From: Eledone cirrhosa
Lineage: Eukaryota
DNA: 64,000 nt
Direction: 5' to 3'
Assembly (NCBI GenBank): GCA_964016885.1
Contig: OZ024740.1
Span: 60,946,001-61,010,000 of the forward strand
Part shown: piece after piece, positions 39,027 to 51,216 of the stretch
How the letters are laid out: the number at the start of each line of letters is the position of its first letter
Numbering within the stretch: position 1 is the stretch's first letter
The notes under the pieces: model-generated
What the model was told of the DNA's origin: nothing
The model's input: only the letters and a program-made list of their open reading frames with translations
Databases searched by the model: none
Made by a program: the position numbers and the translations under genes

Positions 39027-40997
39027 ATGAACGAAATGCTGAAAGCATCTGGAACGGTGGGACACACTATGGTCACCCGGATAGTAAACCAAGTCATACA
39101 GAATGGGGTCGTTCCGAAGGACTGGCGCAGCAGCAGCAGCATCATCATCATTAACTGCTACAAGGGTAAAGGTGATGCCCTAGATAGGGGAAACTATAGA
39201 GGCATTAAATTAATTGACCAGGTCATGAAGGTCACAGAAAAAGTAATAGCGCAACTAACCAGAGAGTGAATTGATCTAGACGAAATGCAGTTCGGGTTTG
39301 TGTCAGGTAAAAGTACCACAGACGCTCTTTTCATTGTACGACAACTACAGGAGAAGTACCTAGCTAAAAGTAAACCCCTATACTTAGCTTTTGTTGACTT
39401 GGAGAAAGCCTTTGACAGAGTACCCCGCTCGATTATCTGGTGGGCCCTTAGAAAACTAGGTGTTGATGAATGGCTTGTGAGAGCTATACAAGCCATGTAT
39501 AAAGAAACGGCCAGCAAGGTTAACAACGAATATAGTGAAGAGTTTAGCGTAAAAGTTGGTGTTCATCAGGGCTCCGTCCTTAGCCCCCTACTATTTATTA
39601 CTGCCCTTCAGGCTATAACAGAGGAGTTCAAGACCGGCTGCCCATGGGAACTCCTATATGCAGATGATCTAACGCTCATAGCTGAATCAATGGCTGAACT
39701 AGAGAAGAAATTCCAAACATGGAAGCATGGCGGCCTAGAATCAAAAGGCCTTAAAGTTAACTTGTCTAAGACTAAAGTTCTAGTTTGTAGGGCACCAGTC
39801 CCATCTGGGAAATGGCTATGCTCAGTGTGTAGGAAAGGAGTAGGTAGAAACTCCATTTTATGTCCCAAATGCAAAGTATGGGTACATAAAAGATGTAGTG
39901 GGATCACAGGTAAACTATCTAAGAATATAGATTTTATATGTGGCCAGTGCTCTGGTGTAATAAGTAGCATCAAGTGCCCACAGAATACTAACTCATTCCA
40001 TTGCACAGATGGTTCTATAGAAATAGTGGACAGCTTCCGTTACCTGGGTGATAAAATCAGCAGTGGGGGAGGGTGCTCTGAAAGTACAGTAGCTAGGGTC
40101 AGAACGGGATGGAAAAAGTTCAGAGAGCTTATACCACTATTGGCCGCTAAAGGGTTCTCTCTAAAAATGAAGGGCAGGCTGTATGATGCCTGCATACGAA
40201 CAGCAATGTTACATGGCAGTGAGACCTGGGCATTGTGTGCAGAGGATATACGCAGACTGGAGAGAAACGAAGCTTGCATGTTCCGCTGGATGTGTAATAG
40301 TAACATACGTGAACGGCAAAGCATAAACGTACTAAGGGAGAAATTAGAAATAAGAGGGATCAGATGTTGTTTACTCGAGAGAAGACTACGTTGGTATGGT
40401 CACGTGATGCGCATGAAAGACGACAGCTGTATAAAAAAGATGCAGGGCAATAAAAATAGACGGTAGCCACGGAGTAGGCAGACCCAGAAAAACCTGGGAC
40501 GACTTGATAAATTCCGACCTCACACACTTACACCTCTCCAAGACAATGTCACTGGACCGAGATCTTTGGCACTACACAGTAATAGAGAAGACCCGCCTTA
40601 CCTAAGTACAAAGTGAAACCTACTACAGTCAGTAGGCACCTCTAACAAAATACACCCCGTCTTACTACCCCCACCCCATCCACACTACCCCTTCAATGTA
40701 AAGTTATGTTGGTACCACAACATCCAGGCCGAAACAAATGAGGTCGTATAGGTGTCACGACAAAAAAACACAGTCCACGCTGTAATGTGGCCGTGTAGGT
40801 AACACGGTAAAAACCTCCCAGTTCCACACTGTAAATGTGGTTGGTGTTAGGAAGGGCATCCAGCCGTAGAAAACCTGCCAGACAGTCCTATACGAGCAAG
40901 ACAACCACTCTTGCCTCAAGTTGGAAAACCCCCGTCCAAACCCATGCAAGCGTGGAATATGGACGTTAAACGATGATGATGGTGATGATGATGATGA
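39027..40997 (+). mobile_element. 5'-truncated RTE LINE (RT with Cys-rich PHD-like insert)
   Basis: NYRGIKL, QFGF, FVDLEKAFDRVPR, HQGSVLSP, YADD; stop at 39267, frameshift near 40435; (GAT)n tail. Confidence 0.93.
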
Positions 40998-41186
40998 ACT
41001 GTGAAGAGAACCAGCTGAAATCTCATAAAATTAGTTTGATATCAAGAGAAGAAAATAGTCATTATAAATGGGTGATGTTGGTTATAATGACATGAAAGAC
41101 ATATTTGTAGAAGTATTTAAATACAAACATTGAACTGATGCAGGCAGATGATCATTTTAAAAACATTTTCAAATTTTCTTTTATAG

Positions 41187-41414
41187 TATGTCACTTCACC
41201 AGATCGTAGCACAGCATATGTACCAAGTCTTCTTAAAAGACAAGTAAAGCAATGTGAAAAGAGACAGCCTATAAAATACTCCATCAACGAAATTGAATAT
41301 TTAATTGAGGGTGTTGAGAAATTGAACCTTTCTTGGAATGAAATACGGCTTTCTTATCCATTTCACCCATCAAGAACAGCAACGGACCTCTTCCATAAAT
41401 ACAAACAGTTGAAA
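41187..41414 (+). CDS. TERB1: TERB1-like exon, Myb domain 1
   Basis: ttatag|...|gtaaga, phase 0-0; YSINEIEYLIEGVEKLNLSWNEIRLSYPFHPSRTATDLFHKYKQL resembles the TERB1 Myb. Confidence 0.88.
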
Positions 41415-42719
41415 GTAAGATGGCTTTAATTTCATTTTGTTTTATAATATATTTTATTGTTTGAATGTTCTCTTGTTGTTTTATTCTATCATGGAGATAG
41501 GTTTGTAAAGTCATATTTATATCATCATCATCATTTAACGTCTGCTTTCCTTGCTAGCAAGGGTTGGACAGGTCTACATCGACCAAGTCAGTACTGAGGA
41601 GTCTGTATCCCGCTTATGTACAGTCATATCAAGTGCAGAGAAGTTGTCATGTCTTTTGACACAAACTCAAGGGTCCACCTAACCCTTTGTCTGCCGAGCT
41701 TTCTAGGGCTGGATGCTCTTCCTAATGCCAACCACTTTACAGTGTGTACCAGGTGATTTTATTGTGCAAACTGCCAGCACTAGAGAGGCTGTCATATCCT
41801 TGACATAAAGGGTCTTCCCAGCAGTTTGGCAAGATTTCTACAGCTGGATGCCCTTCCTATCACCAACAACTTAAGTGTGTATTGAGTGTTTCCTGTTTAG
41901 ATCACCAAGAGATTGTCTTTAACACAACTAAAGGGTCTTCTCAATCCTTTTAGGCATGTTTTCTACAGTGGAGTGCCCTTCCTGTTGCCCACCACCCATA
42001 CGGAATGTACCTAGTGCATTTTTGTAGCATTATCACTAGAGAGGTTGTTTGTCATAGACCCAACTGTAGAGCCCTCTCAGCTCTGGGGAGGGGGGGTAAA
42101 TGGGAAGGAAGAGAGGTATGAAGTTAGGATAGGTGTTAGTGGGGGGTTTAACAGGGCAATGAGTAAAGGGTAGGGGTGGCTGATTAGTGTATGGGAAGGG
42201 GGGTGTAATAATGTGGGGATATGTTCGATAAAGAGGGGCGTGGTGGAGAGATACGCAAGGGAATTGTGATGGGGTGAACAAGGAGTAGAAAGAGTGGCTA
42301 CTATGGTGCAATGGTGAGAACATCTAAGGTCTTTAGAGTAGGGGTAGTAGTTGAGGAATGCTTCTGGAGGGGGTATGGGTGTTGAGGATAAATAGTGAGG
42401 AGTGCTAGTGGGAGTGGGTCAGGCTGGGTTTTCATCACTGCATATGAACTATCAATGAATCCAGTTGATTTATGGCAATATTTAATATCATTTGACCAGT
42501 ATTGCTGTAATGATCCCATAAGGAGTTATTTGAAGGATATTTCGCTTCATTAGGTACAGTATTTTAGAAGTTCCATTTCTTAAAATTAACCATTTGCTTA
42601 TGGATATTTAGAATAAAAGAAGTTTTTCAGCTTTTATTGAGAGATGCCATTGTTATGGCTCACACCTGTGTAGGTTTAGCCAGTCTCATATGAGAGACTG
42701 CATTTCAGTTGTCTTGGCT

Positions 42720-44283
42720 ATTTTAAAGAAAGCTGTATGGCCAAACTGATGGAATCCTGTGTAAGAGAAACACTTTGGAACTTCTGGAGCTCTCACAGCC
42801 TCATCCGGCCCTCACAGTTTGGATTTATCCCTAACTCCAGCTGCTGTGATCATCTTATCGAGTTCCTTGAGGACATCACCCGGATCACTGACAGTGGCTC
42901 ATGGGTGGATGTTGTTTACCTTGACTTTGCTAAGGCTTTTAATTCTGTGCCACACAAAAGACTTATGGCAAAACTCTCCGCAATGGGTGTGAGGGATGAT
43001 CTTTTCAACTGGTTGAAATCCTTCATTCTAAGCCAAAAAGAAGTAGTCACGGTTCTAGGACAGCATTCTTCACCATATGAGATGTCATCTGGTGTACCAC
43101 AGGGATCTGTTCTTGGTCCTCTTTTGTTTGTGGCATATATTAACGACATAGATGCCAACTTACAGAATGCCACGGTACTAAAATATGCAGATGACATCAA
43201 GCTGTACCTTGAAATCAAAAGGACTGATCCTGAAATTTACAACTCTTTCCTACAATCAGACCTGGACACAATGCAGCAATGGATCACAGACTGGCAACTG
43301 AAGCTGGCTGTGGACAAGTGTACCACCATGCATTTTGGAAGGAAAAATCCAGCGTCCACATACTCCCTCCACAACACTGATATCAAAAGTCCTCTTGTGA
43401 ACGTGACCTGGGCATTACTGTCAGCAACGATTTGCGTTGGACAAAGCATGTCTCTAAGATTGTCAAGAAGGCCGAGGGTGTCTTGGCATCACTCAGCAAG
43501 ACCTTTGTTAGCCGCTCTCCAGCCATCTATTTAAAACTGTATACAGCTATGGTACGACCACACTTGAAATTCGCATCATCAGTCTGGAACCCCTATCTTG
43601 CTCAGAACATTGACCTCCTGGAAACTGTTCAGAGACGTGCAACCAAGCGCATACCCTCCATCAGACACCTACCATACTCTGAACGCCTTGCTTCCCTGGG
43701 CATGGATTCATTGAAGCTCCGACGTCTGGCAATGGACTTGGTGAATACCCACAAAGTTTTTAACCATCTCGCCAATTGCAACCCTGAGCGCCTCTTTGAT
43801 CTCCATGTGTCTTAATATACGTGGACATGCCTACAAGATCAGAAAACAGCACAGCTCCCATGACTTTCGTAGACATTTTTTCACGCTCAGAGTTGCTGAA
43901 GCATGGAACAAACTGCCTGCGTCAATTGTTAGCTGCCGAGACACTGCATCCTTTAAGACACTCATGCTTCCCGAAATACGCCAAAACTACACCTGATGTA
44001 CCCCTTCCATACACATGCACACATGTGTGTATCATGACTCGTGCACTGTTCATTTTACTGATGTTTGTGCATTGCCCTATGTACTGTACATGCACTTTTT
44101 GATGAGTTGTGGTGCACCTGGGCACTGTACACGATATTTCATTATTGTTATTATTATTATATCATGACTCGTACACTGTTCATTTTCCTGACATTTGTAC
44201 ATTATTCTATGTACTATACATGCACCTTTGATGAGTTGTAGTGCACCTGAGCACTGTACACAATAATTTCATTATTATTATAT
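42720..44283 (+). mobile_element. 5'-truncated CR1 LINE with duplicated 3' end
   Basis: YLDFAKAF, SGVPQGSVLGP, YADD, VRPHL.FA..VW.P; the 3' UTR is repeated at 44161-44283. Confidence 0.93.
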
Positions 44284-44508
44284 TAATTCTTGCCACGGTC
44301 AAATATTTTCCTTTCATTCTTTCAGAGTTGATAAATAAATTACCAGTACAGGGCAGTGGATTGGCAGAATTATTAGCACACTACCTGTTTCAGTTCTGTG
44401 CTTTCTGAGTTCAAATCCTGTCTGGCCATTGGAAAAATTGTGACATGATAGAATTAGGAATCTTTATCTTTAAAAAAAAAACCCAAATAGCAACCATATC
44501 TTTCTTAA

Positions 44509-45977
44509 CCCTTTAGCATTCACATTGAATTGTCAAATGTCATGTTCATCTATTCGCATTATTTTCACTTAATTATACTCAAGAGGGTTATCAATTTTAT
44601 TTGTTTGTAATTACTTTAATTTTCTATGTGCAGACTTGAAATTTTGTCAGTAGATGTTTAAATAACTATAATTTACAATTATATATTTTTACCTGATTTT
44701 TTTTGTTAAATTTGACTTTTATGGGCAGGTGAAATTAATTAACAGGTGTAAAAGTAATAACTTTATGGATAAACACAAAAATTTAAACTTTATCTGCCTT
44801 ATCTGTTAGATTTGTTGCAAAAAAATCCAATAATGACCTAGATGCTGATTTCCATCAATTCTAGCAGTTTTCTGAACAGGTGAATTAATTAAAAATGCAG
44901 GTGTAATCAGTACACGGTTTTAGTCTTTCTCTACATTCCAGGCAAATATTTTCATTGAAAAAAATGTATAAAACCTTTTCACCAGTCAAAATAATATTGG
45001 CAATGTACTCTGTAAATGTACGGTGTAAAATTACGTAATAGAAAGTTCCCAATATATAAGTTTATACACACTTTTAAATTTTTCTGACAATATTTCAATT
45101 AATGGTCGTACTTTGTACAGTGGGTCGTAATTTGATTCATTTCTACCAGGGGCATTTGAAGTATCAACCAGATGCAAATACTGGTTTAATTTAATGAATC
45201 TCGTTTTTGCCATAATACTAGATATATAAGGGTCACCAAACCTTATATCAGTACTCCAATAATTCCACAGTCGTGGAAATTGTTTAATACCAAACATAAT
45301 ATTTATGGTAAAAAACGCTTTCATTTCGGCAGAATCTGTCGGACAACATAACAGATCGGGTTTTCCGATATTAGAAATTTGTTGTTGTGCATAGCGATTT
45401 GCCACAACTTCGAAGAAAGATTGTGGTAAAAATAAAAAATAATAATCCAGTGCTTTAGCATCGGGTGGTAATGTGTGTTGTGGTCCAATATTTTCAGTAA
45501 AATCCGAAACATGTATCGATGTTGTTTCTTTCAACCACATTGCTATTTTTTCAATGGTGTCAGTCAAATCTTCTCTTTCACTTTCAAAGTAACTATCATC
45601 ATTATCAGATATATCAGAAATAAATATATCTGATTCGTTTGAAGATAAATCACTGATATTATCTTCTGTTTCTTTTTGATCTCGAATGTCGTCGGACGTA
45701 AAACCTTCAAATTCGTTGTCGCTACTTTCGGAAGCCATGTTACACTTTCAACGTTAAAAACACGTGTTATCGCAAGTTCTTTAACTATACTAAGAGTTAA
45801 TTTTCGCGCGTAAGGGCTTTATCTCGCAGTAATCTCGAATTGACGAGATTTCGATGATGTCAATGTTTATTTTTAGAAGGAAATCTCCGTGTGGTATTAA
45901 ATGTCGGTTTTTGTCGGTTTGAATAAATGAAAGGGGACATAATCTTGTCGGTTTTTGTCGCTTTGAATGCTAAAGGG
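44509..45977 (-). mobile_element. piggyBac deletion derivative retaining a PGBD4-like N-terminal ORF (45738-45031)
   Basis: TTAA-CCCTTTAGCATTCA / TGAATGCTAAAGGG-TTAA; EMKAFF..I.FGI....YWS..RF..L..YLHL.D..DPLYKVRP; the catalytic domain is missing. Confidence 0.92.
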
Positions 45978-46330
45978 TTAAGTCATACTATACTATCTTT
46001 TTGATAAAAAACCAAATTGGATAATGTAATCCAAAATACTTCGTCAGAAATAAAAACAAGAGGGTCAGGCTAGATCAATTTTCATTATAGCTGACTAAAC
46101 CACATTCTACAATGATTAGCTTTGTCATAAATTTAATCAGTATCTGTCTTATGAACATCCTTTTGTGGTACACAAACTTGCTTAATGGCAACTCCAGCGA
46201 GCCTATCTTTCTCCCAAGTTGTGATTATGACTGCATTGATTATGTAGATCATAATTATATTGATCATTATGCTCCGTTTGCCCAATTTTAACTTCATTGA
46301 ATTATCTAGTTAGTTGTACCAATTTATTAA

Positions 46331-46521
46331 CCCTTTAGCATTTAAACGGTCCGTATCCGACTGTATTTCTCTCACCTCTTTCTGTTCAAACCGGCCATAA
46401 TTGGCCGCACATGCTGATGTTAGGTATTGTTCACAAAATAAATGATATCAAAATTTTGTAGATTCTATATTATGTGAGGTAAAACCATTACCACAAAAAT
46501 ACAATAGTATATGCTAAAGGG
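46331..46521. mobile_element. piggyBac-type MITE
   Basis: TTAA-CCCTTTAGCAT...ATGCTAAAGGG-TTAA. Confidence 0.9.
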
Positions 46522-46918
46522 TTAAACTAGTTGTCTGCACATTCAATGTTCAAATTATTTAACTCCTTTACCATTCATAATCTTCATACTTTCATCCAGT
46601 CATGACGTGACATTCTTTTGCTGTTTCTTCTCTAGTAGTTTATTTTATGACAAAATTGTTTGCCTCAGCTACAACTCATCCCATTCCTTTCTTGGTTTAT
46701 TCTGCAATATAATTGCAAAATACTAAATAGGAACTGCTTTAATTTTAGTCTTGGAAATATGTGATTTAAAAATTAAGATGTAAGCTGAAAATACCTAAAT
46801 GTAGGCTAAAACCCACATGGAGATATAAGAGCAACCTTGATCATTATTTTTGATAGATATAAATAAAAGTTCAATACTATTTAAGCAATTTTCTATTATT
46901 ATTTTTAGCAATATTAGA

Positions 46919-47110
46919 GGGTGGTGGATTGGCAGTATAAGTAGAGGGTCGGACGCCATGCTTTTTCAGCATAGTTACGTCTCTTTAGGATCTGAGTTCA
47001 AATCCCGCCGAGGTTAACTTTGCCTTTCATCCTTACGGGGTCAATAAAATAAAGTACCAGTAATGTACTGGATAATTGCTGGCCTTGTGCCAAATGTAGA
47101 AACAATTATT
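46919..47110 (+). mobile_element. SINE family A
   Basis: TSD ATTATTTTTAGCAATATTA. Confidence 0.9.
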
Positions 47111-47371
47111 TTTAGCAATATTATTGTTTATATTTAAGTATATTTGACAACATTCAGCATCATTATTTTACGTGTTATTCCATGCTTGCATGAATTGGAT
47201 GGGTCTCTTTCAGCATAGCCGCCCTCCACTAACAGCGTTTCTTTGTCATCTCCTCTATCCATTAGGCATCAAACTATATTCCCTGTATTGTTATATGTAT
47301 TAAATAAGAAAAATCTTGCCTAAACATTCACTTATTTGAAAATCTGTAAAACATTGCTACACTATTTTCAG

Positions 47372-47566
47372 AGAAAGGTTTTTTTGGATGAACCACAAAT
47401 GAAAACTTGCAAGAAAAATGATTTCTCAATGTGTGAAATTAGAAGGCTGAGACGGGGAGTTGAGAGGTATGGCCAGAACTGGACAAAGATATTAAATTCA
47501 TATCAATTTTTTTCAGAAAAAACTCCTGAAGATTTGCGCAATAAATGGAGGCTTATGAACAAGTAG
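47372..47566 (+). CDS. TERB1: TERB1-like terminal exon, Myb domain 2 (telobox-like)
   Basis: ttttcag acceptor in phase 0; FSMCEIRRLRRGVERYGQNWTKILNSYQFFSEKTPEDLRNKWRLM then TAG. Confidence 0.82.
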   Translation, partial: RKVFLDEPQMKTCKKNDFSMCEIRRLRRGVERYGQNWTKILNSYQFFSEKTPEDLRNKWRLMNK

Positions 47567-47632
47567 AGTAACTTGTTCTGAATTTATAACCTTTTAGTTG
47601 ATTTTTAAATGTATGTTTTCCAAATTACATTC

Positions 47633-47638
47633 AATAAA
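47633..47638 (+). terminator. Candidate polyadenylation signal
   Basis: AATAAA 66 nt after the stop, followed by a GT/T-rich tract. Confidence 0.5.
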
Positions 47639-48429
47639 TATCAGAGTTGTTTTGTTTTTTTTTATTTTCCTTTCAATAGCTCATATCTGTATCTAAAAGG
47701 TTGCATGCATCAAATTTAAAGATATATCCAATAAAATATATTTTTGAAATTAATTTCATTTCATTTTATTATTCATATTATGTTTGATTGTCTTAGTTTT
47801 CTTTCCCTACATTCTGAGTTCAAATCTCTCTCAAACTGACTTTATTATTTAATATCTCCACACTCAGTAAAATAACTGAAATTGTGCGATCAGTTAAATT
47901 AACTATTCCACTTTCCCCACACACTGCAAATATTGAATTTGTATCTAGTTTAAGGAACCTGTCTTATTATTTCCTTTATTACAAAATGCTTAAATATTAG
48001 ATTGAAAACAAAATTGCATTGACCTATTTGATACCAAATCACCCCTGTCTCGATACAATGCTGTTAAATTTACAAAGTTTATATTTATCAAAAAATCTTA
48101 TCAGTTTGATAATGAGAAAGTTATAGTACTAAATCCCTCCAAATTCTTGATTTAAAAAAAAAAAAAAACGATTTGAAATTTATAGGTAGCATCCTTCATT
48201 AGAATTATGGTAATAAAAGTTTCCAATTTTAGTAATATTACAGTAAAAGTAGAAAACTATTAAAACCTAACGTGCAGTTATTTAGCAAACAATTCTCCTT
48301 GCATCAGCCCAAATTTCCAATGTTAATTATAAAAAAAAAATCCTAATTTTTATTACAAACCTGATTTAGTAATAAAAAAAGGGAAACGAAAGAAAGATTG
48401 AAGAAATATAAAAAAAGAAAAAAAAACGG

Positions 48430-48875
48430 GAAATGGGGTGGGTGGCAAGAGCTCTGGTGTCGTAGAAGAGCGGGGATTGGGTTTTGGGTCTAGGGCAAGA
48501 GTGCTGTGCCCCGTGGAAAAGACGGCAAAAGCATTCCCCCAGACGATACAGCCACCCAACCTCATGGGGCTCCCTCCTCAGATGGACCGCCAACGCTCCA
48601 ATCTTGCGGAGGAGCTCGGCAGTACAGGGTCCAAGTACGCCTGAGGTCTCGATGGCGAAGAGGAAGCAGCTGGACAAACCCCGGTATTTGTTTATTTGAC
48701 GTTTATCTGTGATGCTGGGGTTTGTGGCCGAAGCGACTAGTTGAAGGCTGAGAACGTGTCGTAGCAGGTGGCATCCCAGATGAGGATCTACCTCTTTAGA
48801 ATGGGAAGGTGATTCCGTCGGGGTGCTTGCCATCTCCAAGGTCTACGCCTGCTGGCTCCAGTTGGGATGAGAAGA
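48430..48875 (-). mobile_element. CRE-like non-LTR element 3' fragment (restriction-like endonuclease)
   Basis: EPAGVDLGDGKHPDGIT..IWDATCYDT and FAIETSGVLG. Confidence 0.75.
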
Positions 48876-48896
48876 GTTTATATATGTATATATTTT

Positions 48897-49963
48897 TTAT
48901 GCTTTGGGAGGGTCATGTTGCCAATAAGAAACACACGCACCAGTTGCTTTCACTACAATTTATTATAAATTTCCGGTTGGTTCCATAACCGGACGGTTCA
49001 TATATTGTCAAAGTTCTTTTGTCATACATTCTGTGACCTCTTCAGTGACTGGGGATTCTTTTCTTTGTTTTGTGCCTCTCCTTTGTTCTGTCTTACGCCA
49101 TCTTGTTTTTGTGTGTGTTGTGTGCTTAGTTTGCGCATGTGTTACATCCGGGTGTCTGTGTGTTTTTATTTGTTTATTTATGTTACTGACTGGTTGTTTG
49201 TTCTGTGTGTGTGTGTTTTCATTTTGTCCTTAATTGTAAGTTGTGATGTTGCTATTCCATTCATGTTTTCTATTTAATTTGGTTGGAGTTCATTTGTTTA
49301 TTGCCTCTGTGATATGTCTAAACATTGTCTTTTCTGTGTGTAGATTCTATTTTTATTTCTATGCTCTCTAATTGGCCCTTATGTTCTATTTTAGCACATG
49401 TTGGTGGAGTATTGATGATTCTTTTTTATCTTGAAGTTCTCGCCAGTGTTCATTTAACCGTTCTCCTATACTACGAGCTGTCTCACCTATGTACGCTATA
49501 TTCTTATCTTTACATTGTCCTTCAGTACGTCTTAAGTTATATACTACATTTCTAGTTTTACAGTTAATATGGGGGCTTAGTTTACAGATTATGCATTTCT
49601 TATCTATACAGGGAGGTCTTTGAAAAGGGTATGTATTGCTAATAAGTGTTTTTATGGAGGTACCTGGTCTTTCTACTATCTTAATATTAAGTTTGTTTAT
49701 CTAGGGGCTGTATTGATGAACATTACACTCTGGTATTTATTGCTATCATACCATGAGTTTATTTTATTAACCTTATTCCTAGTTCTTTCTATTCTATTGC
49801 AAAATTTCTCCTATACAAGGGGCAGGTCCCATTTGTATCATTATTTACCATTTGGTTCTGGCTCCTCTATATACTCTGATCTTATCTATCTGATTGTAAC
49901 CGGAGAACTGCATATGGTGGATGAAGTGTTGTATGTGTCTCTCTAGTTCTTTGGGGTTGCACA
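48897..49963 (-). mobile_element. Inverted copy of the Penelope-like element 3' region
   Basis: Reverse complement of 50157-51216. Confidence 0.93.
49007..49049 (-). ncRNA. Minimal type I hammerhead ribozyme (decayed)
   Basis: GTCA-CTGAAGA-GGTCACAGAATGTATGAC-AAAAG-AA-CTT-TGAC; the other arm keeps GAAA at 51091. Confidence 0.65.
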
Positions 49964-51216
49964 ACCATCGATTACCTGTACTAGACACAGCTCTGGTTAG
50001 AAACCATTAATAACAAAAAACAAATCCTCCATTCCCATTATGCCAAACCCATGACTTCCAAATATCTGATCTACTGAAACTCAGCTGCTTCGGATCACAC
50101 CAAAATCAACATAATGATTGCGGATTTAGTAAGGGTGATGAGGAACGTGTCCCGCATGTGCAACCCCAAAGAACTAGAGAGACAGATACAACACTTCATT
50201 CACCGTATGCCGTTCTGATTTTATCTCTCTGGTTGTAACCAGAGTATATAGAGGAGCCAGAACCAAATGGTAAATAATGATACAAATGGCACCTGCCCCT
50301 TGTATAGGAGCAAATTTTGGAATAGAATAGAAAGAACTAGGAATAAGGTTAATAGAATAAACTCTGGTATTTATTGCTATCATACCATGAGTGTAATGTT
50401 CATCAATACAGCTCCTAGAGGTGAATTAGCTTAGAAATTTAGAAGGGGCCCTAGATAAAGTTAACATTAAGATAGTAGAAAGACCAGGTACCTCCATAAA
50501 AACACTTATTAGCAATACATACCCTTTTCAAAGACCTCCCTGTATAGATAAGAAATGCATAATCTGTAAACTAAGCGCCCATACTAACTGTAAAACTAGA
50601 AATATAGTATATAGCATAAGATGTACTGAAGGACAATGTAAAGATAAGAATATAGTGTACATAGGTGAGACAGCTCGTAGTATAGGAGAACGGTTAAATG
50701 AACACTGGCGCGAACTTCAAGATAAAAAGGAATCATCAATACTCCACCAACATGCTAAAATAGAACATAAGGGCAAATTAGAGAACATAGAAATAAAAAT
50801 AGAATCTACACAGAAAAGACACAATGTTTAGACAAATCACAGAGGCAATAAACATAAATGAACTCCAACCAAAATTAAATAGAAAACATGAATGGAATAG
50901 CAACATCACAACTTACAATTAAGGACAGTCAGAGAAACTAACCAACCAACCAGTAACATGTAAGTAAATAAATAAACACAGACACCCGGATGTAACACAT
51001 GCGCAAACTAAGCACACAACACACACAAAAACAAGATGGCGGCGTAGGACAGAACAAAGAAAAAAATAATCCCGTCACAGAATGTGTGATGAAAGAACTT
51101 TGACAATATATGAACAACCGTCCGGTTATGGAACCAACCGGAAATTTATAATAAATTGGAGTGAAAGCAGCTGGTGCGTGTGTTTCTTATTGGCAACAGA
51201 CCCTCCCAAAGCATAA
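49964..51216 (+). mobile_element. 5'-truncated Penelope-like element (Naiad-like): RT thumb, CxxxxCxxC linker, GIY-YIG
   Basis: LPVLD, HYAKPM, VERPGTSIK..YPF..PC..KKCIIC, NIVYSIRC..YIGETARSIGERLNEH, LNRKHEW; stop at 50920-50922. Confidence 0.88.

Noticed and set aside
45031-45738. Domesticated PGBD gene
   Set aside because: Still flanked by TIRs and TTAA, truncated before the catalytic domain, and has a decayed paralogue nearby.
50075-50077. Selenocysteine codon in the Naiad-like element
   Set aside because: The in-frame TGA is not at a Cys-type position and is most simply CGA-to-TGA decay; the copy has other stops and I saw no SECIS.
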